Of a DNA stretch of 32,357 nt, positions 1-9,026 are shown piece after piece. The stretch's first letter is position 1, and the number at the start of each line of letters is the position of its first letter. The translations under genes were made by a program, and so were the position numbers. Source of the DNA: a virus (lineage: Duplodnaviria > Caudoviricetes); IMG/VR virus record IMGVR_UViG_3300035675_000021, positions 1 to 32,357 of that record. The stretch is one strand, 5' to 3'. The notes under the pieces were generated by a model. It was not told the origin of the DNA, searched no databases, and saw nothing but the letters and a program-made list of their open reading frames with translations.

Positions 1-555
1 CAAGCGGTTCTCGCCGCTGACGGCACACCGACCACCTACTCCAAGCGGGGAACCGGCAAGCCCCGGGCCGACAAGAAGGCCTACCCGCTGACCGCAGGCA
101 TCCCCTGGCCGACGCAGGTCACTGCCGCCGAGACACCACCCGCAACCCCCAGTGGTGGTACGGCTCTCGGCGCGACCTGGGTGCGAGTCGCAGCCCCGTC
201 CTCGGCCAACGGCTCGATCCACTTCAACCCGGATACCGGCGTGTGGACGATCTCCGACCGCGACTCGGCCGGGACCAGCGTGGCTGTCCCCCTGGAGAAC
301 ATGTCGCCCGGTACCCAGCTGTGGGTCGGTGGTCCGTTCGGTGCGTTCTACGCCACCGTCGTCTCCGTCACGGCAGGAGCGAGCACGGCACCGACCCAGG
401 TCCTCACCACGGACTTCGTAGTGACCGGCGAAATCTTCATCGGTGACGTCATCCGCCTCGCCAACGGCGTCGCCGCTCCCGGCACGGTCGAGGCCGAGCC
501 CGAGGCCGAGGCTGTCGAGCACAAGGCCAAGACGAAGAAGCCGAAGAACCAGTGA
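1..555 (+). CDS. Hypothetical protein, 5'-truncated
   Basis: Frame 1 is open from base 1 (QAVLAADGTPTT...) to TGA 553-555. Codon usage is phage-like, and the stop overlaps the next start (GTGA). Confidence 0.7.
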   Translation, partial: QAVLAADGTPTTYSKRGTGKPRADKKAYPLTAGIPWPTQVTAAETPPATPSGGTALGATWVRVAAPSSANGSIHFNPDTGVWTISDRDSAGTSVAVPLENMSPGTQLWVGGPFGAFYATVVSVTAGASTAPTQVLTTDFVVTGEIFIGDVIRLANGVAAPGTVEAEPEAEAVEHKAKTKKPKNQ

Positions 556-767
556 CCCGCTGCGAGTGCGGCAAGGAGGCCGAGCCCGGGCGCACCGAGT
601 GCTTCCGCTGCCGGATCTCCGGCGTCGGCTTCAGCTTCAGGGGCTCGGCGCAGCACAGCCGCTCCGGGTGGAACCGCACCGCTCGGGAGTGGAAGGAACA
701 GAACTTCGGCACCAGCGACGACCGTGAACTCGCCAAGCGTGGCATCGAGAGGGCAGACCCATCATGA
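552..767 (+). CDS. Small Cys-rich putative zinc-binding protein
   Basis: CxC...CxxC motif. Coupled by 4-nt overlaps to both neighbours (GTGA, ATGA). Confidence 0.7.
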   Translation: MTRCECGKEAEPGRTECFRCRISGVGFSFRGSAQHSRSGWNRTAREWKEQNFGTSDDRELAKRGIERADPS

Positions 768-2833
768 AGTCCAACGTGGAGTACCTCAAGTTCTGCCAGT
801 CCGAGGTCGCCCGCTCGAAGCGGTGGCGTGACCAGGACAGCTTCGACGATGACTGGCGGAGGTGGATCGACCTGTACCGCGGTCGCCAGTACGAGGGCGG
901 CGACAGCGCCACCGACCGCCTCATCGTCAACATCGTGTTCGCCACGGTGAACGTGCTCCTCCCCGCCGTCAGCGTCAACAACCCGAAGTTCAGCGTGAAC
1001 GCACGCAACCCGAAGTCGCAGGCTCAGGCCATGCTGACCGAGGAGATCCTCAACTACCTGTGGCGTACCCACAAGTACCAGGCCGACTTCCGCCTGTCGG
1101 TGCTCGACTTCATCACCATCGGTCACGGCTGGCTCAAGGTCGGCTACAAGTGGGTGAAGGAGCCAGAGGAGAAGGAAGCCGAGGAGATCGGCGACACCGA
1201 GTCCGACGCCTACGACGAGGGCATCGACGACCGCGAGGCCAAGGATGGCAACGTCGAGTCCGAGCTGTCGGTCGAGGACGATCGCCCCTTCCTGGAGCGC
1301 ATCAGCCCGTTCGACGTCTTCGTCGACCCCGACGCCCGTCACCCGAAGGAAGCCCGCTGGATCGCACAGCGCACGTGGCGTCCCCTCGCCGACGTGCAGG
1401 TCGACAGCCGGTACTCGGCCACCGCCCGCAAGCAGGTCAGCTCCAAGACGTGGAGCCGCTGGGCCAGTGGCGACTCGGACGGGGATGCCCGCAGCGGTGA
1501 CAGCCAGCCCTCGCAGGGCCTGGCCTACGCCGAGGTCATCGAGTTCTACGACATCAAGCGCAAGAAGGTCTCGACCTTCTCGATGAGCAACGGCGACGAG
1601 GGCAAGTCGGACGGCTTCCTCATCAAGCCGAAGAAGATGCCGTACGCCTCTGGCCAGCCCTTCATCATGCTCCGCAACTTCGAGGTGCCTGACCACTTCT
1701 ACCCCATCGGTGACATCGAGCAGATCGAGTCGCTCCAGCTGGAGCTGAACGAGACCCGCAACCAGATGATGAACCACCGCAAGCGGTACGCCCGCAAGTG
1801 GCTGTACGAGAAGGACGCCTTCGACCGCGACGGCATCGCTGCGCTGGAGTCCGACGTCGACAATGCCATGATCCCGGTGCTCAGTGACGGCGACCCCGGC
1901 AAGGTGATCTCGGCCGTCCCCGCCGTCATCACGCCGCCCGAGTTCTACAACCAGTCGGACCTGATCTCGACGGACATGGACCGGGTGTCGGGCGTGTCCG
2001 ACTACCAGCGCGGCGCGCAGACGGCGATCAAGCGCACGGCCACCGAGGCCGCGATGATCCAGGACGCCTCGAACGCTCGGGCCCAGGACCGCCTCACGAA
2101 GATCGAGGACGCCCTGTCGCAGGTGGGCGAGCGGATCATCATGCTGATGCAGCAGTTCCTCACCGGCGAGCACGTCGCTCGGGTCATCTCGATCCCGGGC
2201 GCTGCCTGGCTGGAGTACGACAAGGACTACATCAAGGGTCAGTTCGACTTCTCGGTGCAGGCTGGCTCGACCGAGCCGATGAACGAGACGTTCCGCCGCC
2301 AGTCCTCGATGCAGCTCGTCGATGCCTCGATGCCCTTCCTGGAGAACGGCACGGCCGACCCGGTCGCCCTGTACCGCAAGGTGCTCTCCGGCTTCGGCAT
2401 CACCGATCCCACCGAGTACATCAACCAGCAGGTCGGCCAGCCAGGCGGAGACCCAGCCGGGTCGGCACCGCCCCCGCAGGGGCAGCAACCGGCCCTTCCC
2501 CCCGGCCCGCCCGTGGGTGGCCCGCAAGGGATGCCGAATGGTATGCCTCCGAGCAACCCGATGGAGGAGATGGAGCCAGGCGAGCAGATGGAGCCTGGCG
2601 ACATGATGGAGCCTGGCGAGATGCCGATGGGCCCGCCGCCCGGCTCCGCCCCGATGCAGCCGGGCATGTTGCCGCCCGAGCTGGCCGGGCTGCCGCCTGA
2701 GATCCTCCAGGCGATCATGTCTGGTCAGATCCAGCTGCCTCCCCCTGCCGGGGCGATGCCCCCAGGAGCACCCGAGGGCATCCCGCCTGAGCTGCTCCAG
2801 ATGCTCATGCAGCAACAGGCCCAGCAGGGATAG
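764..2833 (+). CDS. Portal protein (P22-like) with a Pro/Gln/Met/Gly-rich C-terminal tail
   Basis: 689 aa. Motifs ERISPFDVFVDPDA, DMDRVSGVSDYQRG and KRTATEAAMIQ are typical of P22-class portals. Lies upstream of scaffold and capsid. Confidence 0.88.
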   Translation: MKSNVEYLKFCQSEVARSKRWRDQDSFDDDWRRWIDLYRGRQYEGGDSATDRLIVNIVFATVNVLLPAVSVNNPKFSVNARNPKSQAQAMLTEEILNYLWRTHKYQADFRLSVLDFITIGHGWLKVGYKWVKEPEEKEAEEIGDTESDAYDEGIDDREAKDGNVESELSVEDDRPFLERISPFDVFVDPDARHPKEARWIAQRTWRPLADVQVDSRYSATARKQVSSKTWSRWASGDSDGDARSGDSQPSQGLAYAEVIEFYDIKRKKVSTFSMSNGDEGKSDGFLIKPKKMPYASGQPFIMLRNFEVPDHFYPIGDIEQIESLQLELNETRNQMMNHRKRYARKWLYEKDAFDRDGIAALESDVDNAMIPVLSDGDPGKVISAVPAVITPPEFYNQSDLISTDMDRVSGVSDYQRGAQTAIKRTATEAAMIQDASNARAQDRLTKIEDALSQVGERIIMLMQQFLTGEHVARVISIPGAAWLEYDKDYIKGQFDFSVQAGSTEPMNETFRRQSSMQLVDASMPFLENGTADPVALYRKVLSGFGITDPTEYINQQVGQPGGDPAGSAPPPQGQQPALPPGPPVGGPQGMPNGMPPSNPMEEMEPGEQMEPGDMMEPGEMPMGPPPGSAPMQPGMLPPELAGLPPEILQAIMSGQIQLPPPAGAMPPGAPEGIPPELLQMLMQQQAQQG
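2570..2623 (+). repeat. 18-bp tandem repeat x3 (MEPGEQ/MEPGDM/MEPGEM)
   Basis: atggagccaggcgagcag, atggagcctggcgacatg, atggagcctggcgagatg. Confidence 0.9.
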
Positions 2834-2857
2834 CACATGGGCATTGGCAGTTATGCC

Positions 2858-2863
2858 TACAAT
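2858..2863 (+). promoter_or_regulatory. Putative -10 element (TACAAT) of a leaderless scaffold/capsid transcript
   Basis: TACAAT lies 7 nt before ATG 2871, and there is no Shine-Dalgarno (SD) sequence. Confidence 0.5.
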
Positions 2864-2870
2864 GCCCTCA

Positions 2871-3749
2871 ATGAGCAACGTGGAATACGACTCAGTCCCA
2901 GAGGTCGAAGCAAGCCCCGTCGTGGACGGCCAAGCAAGCGAGACTCTCGAAACCTTCGATGACGGCCCAGCGCCTGAGCCGGAACCGGAATACGAGTACC
3001 TCGAAATCGACGACGAGCTTGCCAACAAGCGAGTGAAGATCATCCGAGATGGCGAGGAAGTCGCAGTTCCGCTCCGAGAGGCACTGGACGGGTACAACAG
3101 CAATTCTGTCGCAACCAAGAGGTTCCAGGAAGCAGCCGCGATTCGAGAGCAGGCCCAAGAGGCACTCCGACTCCAGCAGGCATTCCAGACCTCCCCAGGG
3201 TTGACAGTCCAAGTTCTTGCACAGCAGGCAGGCATGAGCGTCGAGGACTTCCTCGGCCTCACACCACGTCAACAGGTAGCGGCCACGCAATCCCCGCCGC
3301 CTCAAGACGAGTACGCCGACCCGCTGGAGCGCGAGCTGATGGTCGAGAGGCAGGCACGCCTGGCCCTCGAACAGCGACTGGATGCACAGGATGCTGACCG
3401 GTACCTGAACGCACGAATCGCGGGTCTCAAGCAGACGTACCAGATCGGTGACGAAGAAGTCCGTTCCGTCGTGGCTCAAGCACTCCAGATGGGTGCTGGC
3501 CCCGAGTCGTTCGACATGATCTACCAGGCACAGGCCTACCAGAAGCTGCAAGCCATGACATCGGCCCAGCAAGAGGTAGCCCAGCGCACTGCCGCAGACG
3601 ACACCCGTCGTCGGGCAGCTGCCGCCTCTGCTGCTGGTGTGGTCAGCTCTGGAACCGGAGCCGCCAACGTCACCTCTGTTCCGCCTGCGGATGTCCACAT
3701 GACACCTCGCGAAGCGGTCCTTGCAGCCTTCGAGCAAATGGGAGCCTGA
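2871..3749 (+). CDS. Capsid scaffolding protein
   Basis: Acidic N-terminus, a VKIIRDGEEVAVPLREALDGY motif, a helical Q/A/E-rich body, and position between portal and capsid. The start could be slightly upstream (2844-2862). Confidence 0.8.
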   Translation: MSNVEYDSVPEVEASPVVDGQASETLETFDDGPAPEPEPEYEYLEIDDELANKRVKIIRDGEEVAVPLREALDGYNSNSVATKRFQEAAAIREQAQEALRLQQAFQTSPGLTVQVLAQQAGMSVEDFLGLTPRQQVAATQSPPPQDEYADPLERELMVERQARLALEQRLDAQDADRYLNARIAGLKQTYQIGDEEVRSVVAQALQMGAGPESFDMIYQAQAYQKLQAMTSAQQEVAQRTAADDTRRRAAAASAAGVVSSGTGAANVTSVPPADVHMTPREAVLAAFEQMGA

Positions 3750-3780
3750 CGCGGGGTCTACCTCTTAGGGAGACTTCGAC

Positions 3781-4842
3781 ATGGCACTTGCATCACATAC
3801 CCCGGCAACCTGGGACGAGATCCTCTCGACCACGTTCCACAACTACCGGAAGTCCTTGACGGACAACATCTTCAACAGCCGCCCGCTGTTGAACTACTAC
3901 ATGAGCAAAGGCCGTATGCGTACGGTCTCCGGTGGTATCTCCATCGTCGAGCCGCTCATCTACGCCGAGGGCCAGACCCAGGCGTACACCGGTGCTGGCC
4001 CCGTGCTGGTCGAGCCGCAGGAAACTGCGACCGCCGCCCAGTTCGGCTGGAAGCAGCTCGCTGCGACCATCATCATCGACGCCTTGGAAGAGGCGCAGAA
4101 CAACAGCAAGGAGATGGCCGTCAATCTCCTGGAGGCGAAGATCATGCAGGCAGAGGAGACCCTCAAGTCTCGCCTGAACCGCATGTTGTTCGGCACCTAC
4201 ACCGCCCAGTCGGGCGAGAGTGCGGGACAGCTGTTCACCGGCCTCCCGTACCTCATCGACGAAGCGGTCGTCATCGGTGGCATCGACCCGGCGACCAACG
4301 CCTGGTGGAAGTCGATCGTCAAGCAGGGCGGAGCCCTCGACGCAGCCGGTCTGGAGAAGGCGTTGCGCGACGCCTACAACAGCTCGTCTGACGCGGGCAA
4401 CGACCGGGTGGACTCCATCTTCACCAACGCCTTCGGCTTCGGCTTCTACGAGTCGACGCTCACCCCGCAGGTGCGCTACACCGACACGGCGAAGGCGAAC
4501 CTCGGGTTCCAGAACCTGATGTTCAAGGACGTCCCGTTGTTCTGGGACTTCGACTGCGGCGGCACCGAGCACGCCGACACCGCTGTCCCCGCCCTGTCGA
4601 CGACCTCGGCGAACTACTACGGCGTGAACTCGAAGTACGTGGGCCTCGTCGTCCACTCGGAGCGCAACTTCAAGCAGTCGAAGTTCACCGAGAACCTGAG
4701 CGGCTCCGTCACTCAGGGTGGCAGCTCGGCCACCGCCTCGGCGCTCGACGCCCGCGTGTCGTTCATCACCACGTTCGGTGAGCAGACGATCCGCAACCGT
4801 CGTCGCTGCTTCAAGGTGGTCAACGTCACCGAAACCCCGTGA
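3781..4842 (+). CDS. Major capsid protein
   Basis: 353 aa. The N-terminus (ILSTTFHNYRKSLTDNIF...SGGISIVEPLIY) and LGFQNLMFK resemble a common HK97-fold capsid family. It has a GGAG SD, strong codon bias and a downstream hairpin. Confidence 0.88.
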   Translation: MALASHTPATWDEILSTTFHNYRKSLTDNIFNSRPLLNYYMSKGRMRTVSGGISIVEPLIYAEGQTQAYTGAGPVLVEPQETATAAQFGWKQLAATIIIDALEEAQNNSKEMAVNLLEAKIMQAEETLKSRLNRMLFGTYTAQSGESAGQLFTGLPYLIDEAVVIGGIDPATNAWWKSIVKQGGALDAAGLEKALRDAYNSSSDAGNDRVDSIFTNAFGFGFYESTLTPQVRYTDTAKANLGFQNLMFKDVPLFWDFDCGGTEHADTAVPALSTTSANYYGVNSKYVGLVVHSERNFKQSKFTENLSGSVTQGGSSATASALDARVSFITTFGEQTIRNRRRCFKVVNVTETP

Positions 4843-4847
4843 TGCCC

Positions 4848-4883
4848 GAACCCCTGGGGAGCAGCCGCGCTCCCCAGGGGTTC
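4848..4883 (+). terminator. Stem-loop after the capsid gene (terminator or mRNA stabiliser)
   Basis: Perfect 15-bp stem gaacccctggggagc / gctccccaggggttc with a 6-nt loop and no long U tract. Confidence 0.7.
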
Positions 4884-4909
4884 ACCCACTTCCGAGTAGA
4901 AAGGGCGTC

Positions 4910-5233
4910 ATGAGCAACAGCTACACACCAGACAACGCGAGCGGACAGGGAGTGGCCCTCGCGCACACCGTCTTCGGCTCCCCCGTCACTGCCACGATGC
5001 GTCCGCAAGCTGGCGGGGAAGGCATCGGGCCAGCGACCTGGTCGACCGCCCCGTACAAGAAGAAGCGTCGTGTGAACGACAAGGGTGCGACCCTGTGCGC
5101 CTTCGAGGGTGGATGCAAGGCCTACCCCATGAAGGACCAGGAGTACTGCACTGGTCACGCCCGCAGCCTCGGGATCATCCAGAACTGGAAGTCCGGTCGG
5201 CCGAAGGCGGTGCAGCCAGATGAATCTGAGTGA
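4910..5233 (+). CDS. Hypothetical protein with a C-x5-C-x10-C-x2-H zinc-binding motif
   Basis: ATG 4910 follows GAAAGGG. Contains CAFEGGCKAYPMKDQEYCTGH. Confidence 0.7.
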   Translation: MSNSYTPDNASGQGVALAHTVFGSPVTATMRPQAGGEGIGPATWSTAPYKKKRRVNDKGATLCAFEGGCKAYPMKDQEYCTGHARSLGIIQNWKSGRPKAVQPDESE

Positions 5234-5945
5234 CATCCAGAACTACGTCTGGCGTCAGACCGACACCACCGTCGCCGACCTCCCGGGCGAGACCATCGCC
5301 GCCTACGTCGACGAGGGCTTCCAGCGCACCGTCGCTGCCGAGAACCGCTGGCCCTCGTACGAGGCGCAGTGGGAAGTCACGGTTCCTGCCGGGCAGTTCC
5401 GAGGCCCCCTGCCCAGCGACGTCAACCCTCCCGGCATCATGTCGGCAGCCGACCTCGACGGCGGCGGTCGCCCCATCCCGCAGGTCAATCACGAAGAAGC
5501 CGAGAGCCGCTGGGGCCTGAGCCCCGCCGACCGCATCGTCCAGGCCTCGGCCTACTCGATCTGGGCTGGCTCCTTCTTCCCGTGGATGCTGTGCGTCGGC
5601 GACACCGACCGCAAGTTCTACCTGCGCGGGTACCGCAAGCCGCTCGTCACCTTCGGCGCTGACGGCCAGGTCGACGCCGATCCCCGCCTGCACCTGCCGC
5701 TGTGCCACTACGCGATCGCGCTGGCCTACGCCCAGCAGGAGGACGACGTCCTCGAAGGTCGCTACATGGAGCGGTGGGCTGGCGACGTCGAGCTGGTGCG
5801 CAAGGCGGTCATGGACCCATCACGCAACCGGCCGGTGGTCATGTACGGCGACTGGCGCAACCGTCGTGGCGTCCCGTTCAGCAGCGTGCTGTCCGGTGGC
5901 CGCGGTGGTGGCGACGACGGAGTGGCGGGGATCGTCCAGATATGA
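5220..5945 (+). CDS. Head-tail adaptor (tail tubular A / P22 gp4-like)
   Basis: 241 aa. Helical N-terminus, DPRLHLPLCHYAIALAY motif, and position after the capsid. Confidence 0.7.
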   Translation: MNLSDIQNYVWRQTDTTVADLPGETIAAYVDEGFQRTVAAENRWPSYEAQWEVTVPAGQFRGPLPSDVNPPGIMSAADLDGGGRPIPQVNHEEAESRWGLSPADRIVQASAYSIWAGSFFPWMLCVGDTDRKFYLRGYRKPLVTFGADGQVDADPRLHLPLCHYAIALAYAQQEDDVLEGRYMERWAGDVELVRKAVMDPSRNRPVVMYGDWRNRRGVPFSSVLSGGRGGGDDGVAGIVQI

Positions 5946-7663
5946 CCCGCCTCCAGCCGATCACGCTGCGCGACTTCACCGGCGCACTCAACGTCAGGGA
6001 GAACGCGTTCCAGCTCGCGGACAACGAGTCCCCCGCGATGCTGAACGTGCATGTCGACTCCCGCGTCGGGTTCGCCACGAGGGCATCGTGGTCACGCTGG
6101 AACCCCCAGCCCATCCGAGATGACAACTCCGACTGGGACCCACGCAACAGCGCCGTCCACCAGTACTCGGACGGCTCGTTCTCGGTGTACGTGGTGGAGG
6201 ACAACATCGTCTACCGCTCGTTCAACGCGGGCAACTTCGTCGACACCACCATCCGTGGCTACTGCCACCCCCACCAGATGGACCTGGCGCTGTGGGGCGA
6301 TGTCGCCTACTTCGCCACCGGCGCGCTCGGGTCCACCCGCGGGACCCCGGCGAAGATGAACCAGGCGGGCATCACCACGCTGGCCGCTGCCGGTGACGGC
6401 AGCTGGAACGACGACTACACGACGGCCGTCCACGGCCGCGGGGTCGTGTCGGAGACGTGCGAGACGCACGCCAACTACCTGTTCCACGCTGCGGTGTACG
6501 AGACCTTCGACGGGGTGACCAAGGCGTACCCCAACCGCATCCGCTGGTCGCACGTGGGCGAGCCCGAGGACTTCGCCCAGGCCGACTACCTCGACATCGA
6601 GCGCGGCGGCTCACGCATCACCGCCATCAAGTCGTTCACCGACCACCTCCTGATCTTCAAGGACCGTGGCGTGTGGGCGCTGTTCGGCTACGACGCCGAC
6701 TCGTGGCAGCTCGTCGAGGTGTCCACCGAGTCGGGCACCGTGGCCCCCACCACCGTCGCCGCCTCCGAGTCGGTCTGCTACTACTACTCGCCCACCGGGC
6801 GCAGCGCCGTCTACGTCGTGGTGCGCGCCGCAGCGCCTGAGTCGGTCTCCGAGCCGATCCGCGTCGTCATGTCGGAGTCCACGGCCACCGACAACATCTG
6901 GCTGTCGTGGGCATCGAACCGTCTGTTCGTGTCCATGCCCTGGGAGTTCGGCGCGCTCGCACCACGGGTCACCCCAACGGGGATGGACGACCCTCAGCCG
7001 TCCCCGTTCGGGGCGTCGAGCGACAAGAACACCCTGTTCATCTACGACGCCACGATCGGCAGCGGGGCCTGGGAGGCTCACACTCCCGCCAAGGGCAGCA
7101 TCCGCACGGTCGTCGAGATCCCGGGCAACAAGGCCCCCCTCGGGATGCTGTCGGACGACAACAAGAACCAGTGCTTCATGCGCTTCGGCGGTGGCTCGAC
7201 CGACGCCGTCGACATGATGGACAACCCGGCCGTGGCCTACCCGTTCTGGACCTTCTACTCCACGAACTGGAAGGACGGCGGCACCGAGGAGCTGCGCAAG
7301 TCCTGGCGGCGTCCCCGCTTCATCGTGCGCAACCCGGCCGAGGCGCTGGAGCTGCGCGTCGACGCCTTCCGTGACTACGACCTGGCCACCCCGTACCGCT
7401 CGTGGGTGATCGGCGTCTCGTCGAGGGGCAAGACGTTCTGGCGTGAGCTGGGCGCTGCCGATCCGGCAGGCGACGGCTTCGACTGGGACGACGGCTCGGA
7501 GTGGGAGGGCCAGACGTCAGGCTCACGCATCGTGCGCGGTGGACCACTCGGAGTAGCCAGAGCCATCCAGCTCGTCATCACCCCCATCCCCACATCAGAG
7601 GGGAAGTCGTGGGGGATCGACGCTCTCACCCTCAAGTACATCAACCGTCGATTCACCACGTAG
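5942..7663 (+). CDS. Tail nozzle / stabilisation protein (tail tubular B / P22 gp10-like)
   Basis: ATG 5942 overlaps the adaptor stop (ATGA). DFTGALN...NESPAMLNV N-terminus, NRIRWS and LLIFK propeller-like motifs. Confidence 0.72.
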   Translation: MTRLQPITLRDFTGALNVRENAFQLADNESPAMLNVHVDSRVGFATRASWSRWNPQPIRDDNSDWDPRNSAVHQYSDGSFSVYVVEDNIVYRSFNAGNFVDTTIRGYCHPHQMDLALWGDVAYFATGALGSTRGTPAKMNQAGITTLAAAGDGSWNDDYTTAVHGRGVVSETCETHANYLFHAAVYETFDGVTKAYPNRIRWSHVGEPEDFAQADYLDIERGGSRITAIKSFTDHLLIFKDRGVWALFGYDADSWQLVEVSTESGTVAPTTVAASESVCYYYSPTGRSAVYVVVRAAAPESVSEPIRVVMSESTATDNIWLSWASNRLFVSMPWEFGALAPRVTPTGMDDPQPSPFGASSDKNTLFIYDATIGSGAWEAHTPAKGSIRTVVEIPGNKAPLGMLSDDNKNQCFMRFGGGSTDAVDMMDNPAVAYPFWTFYSTNWKDGGTEELRKSWRRPRFIVRNPAEALELRVDAFRDYDLATPYRSWVIGVSSRGKTFWRELGAADPAGDGFDWDDGSEWEGQTSGSRIVRGGPLGVARAIQLVITPIPTSEGKSWGIDALTLKYINRRFTT

Positions 7664-7673
7664 GCAGGTCCGC

Positions 7674-8582
7674 ATGGCATCTTTCAACTACCCACAATCC
7701 ATCGACCCGAACACCCCGGCGATCGCGACCGAGGTGCAGACGAACTTCGACGCGCTGCTGGCGTGGATTCTCGCCAACCTCATGCAGGCTGACGGGACCA
7801 AGGTGATGACGGGTCCATTGACCCTCATGCCTGGCGACCCAGCCTCCGGTGCCTTCGCCGCCAACAAGACGTACGTCGACTCCAAGGTGCTGGTCGGTGA
7901 GATCAAGGAGTTCGCCGGGGACGTGCTGCCCACCGGGTACCTGTGGTGCAACGGCGGAACCTACTCCGAGACCGACCAGCCCAAGCTGTTCTCCGTCATC
8001 GGTCGCAAGTACACCGACGCTGGCGTCCCGACCGGCAGCTTCAAGGTGCCCGACAAGGGCGGCAAGGTGGGCGTCGGCTACAAGGCCGGGGACGCCCTGT
8101 TCGGCACGCTCGGGGTGGCCGGTGGCAGCCCCAACTGGGAGAAGATCCAGCACCTCCACTCCGTCCCCGAGCACGGGCACAGCGCGACCGCAACGATGGT
8201 CTCCAGTGGTGGCGTCGCCCACGCCCACGGCCACAACATCGCGGTCAGCGCCGGTGGTGCCCACGACCACAACTTCGGCGGTGGCACGCAGCACTGGTGG
8301 GTGGACCCCGTCGCCTGGGGTACGGACTCGATCGCTCCTGGTGGTGGCCAGAAGATGGGCAAGGCCACCTGGGCGACCCACGACGGCCACGGCCACGGCA
8401 TCACCGGTGGCATCAGCAACAGTGCCGCTTCCGCCACCGACCACGTCCACGGCATCACCGCCACGGTCGCCAACCAGGTGGCCTTCAACACCCAGAACGA
8501 CGGCACGGCGACGACGGTCGTCAACAAGAACTACCAGCCCTACCTGGTCACGAACTTCATCATCTACGCCGGGGAGAACTGA
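7674..8582 (+). CDS. Tail fibre with phage tail-collar domain and HxH metal-binding repeats
   Basis: VGEIKEFAG..PTGYLWCNG...LFSVIG..Y...FKVPD collar motif, several HxH motifs, and a QPYLVTNFII C-terminus. Confidence 0.85.
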   Translation: MASFNYPQSIDPNTPAIATEVQTNFDALLAWILANLMQADGTKVMTGPLTLMPGDPASGAFAANKTYVDSKVLVGEIKEFAGDVLPTGYLWCNGGTYSETDQPKLFSVIGRKYTDAGVPTGSFKVPDKGGKVGVGYKAGDALFGTLGVAGGSPNWEKIQHLHSVPEHGHSATATMVSSGGVAHAHGHNIAVSAGGAHDHNFGGGTQHWWVDPVAWGTDSIAPGGGQKMGKATWATHDGHGHGITGGISNSAASATDHVHGITATVANQVAFNTQNDGTATTVVNKNYQPYLVTNFIIYAGEN

Positions 8583-8585
8583 GTC

Positions 8586-9026
8586 ATGGCTACTGACTAC
8601 GGCGGGTACGAACGGCAGGTTGGCGACGTCAACTACAGGTACGGCACCGAGGCGTCGACCAACGCCTACAGCCGCTTCCTCAGCCAGCAGCGAGGTGAGC
8701 GCAACCTCGGCGACATGTCGCAGCAGTTCGGTCGCTCGTACCCCGGCTACAAGTCGCAGTTCGCACAGCGTGGTCTCGGTCAGCCGGGCGTGCGCTCGGG
8801 CTCGATGCAGCAGTCGATGAACCGCTACGTCGGTGACTACGCACAGCAGTACCAGCGGGCCCAGCAGGACCAGACGCTGGAAGGCCAGCAGTACGACATG
8901 CAGCAACGTAATCTGGACCAATGGCGTCAGCAGGCGCTGCAAGACATCGAGACGCAGAAGGCGAACGACATCGCTCAGGCAGCACAGAATCTTGAGTACT
9001 GGAAGAAAGCCCTAGGAGGCATCTGA
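8586..9026 (+). CDS. Putative internal virion / ejection protein (Gln-rich)
   Basis: 146 aa, Q/Y/G-rich and helical. First of four coupled genes after the tail genes. Confidence 0.5.
   Translation: MATDYGGYERQVGDVNYRYGTEASTNAYSRFLSQQRGERNLGDMSQQFGRSYPGYKSQFAQRGLGQPGVRSGSMQQSMNRYVGDYAQQYQRAQQDQTLEGQQYDMQQRNLDQWRQQALQDIETQKANDIAQAAQNLEYWKKALGGI

Noticed and set aside
449-3262. 937-aa antisense ORF (also 12368-15802, 30933-32273 and similar)
   Set aside because: These are shadows of GC3-biased genes on the opposite strand, with no motifs or SD.
4718-5233. +1 frameshift extending the capsid into the next ORF
   Set aside because: The +1 frame is open, but the end reads ACC CCG TGA, which gives no tRNA re-pairing (unlike CCC-stop). 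The downstream gene has its own SD and ATG at 4910.
7674-8582. Diversity-generating retroelement target
   Set aside because: No reverse transcriptase or template/variable repeat pair was seen in the window.
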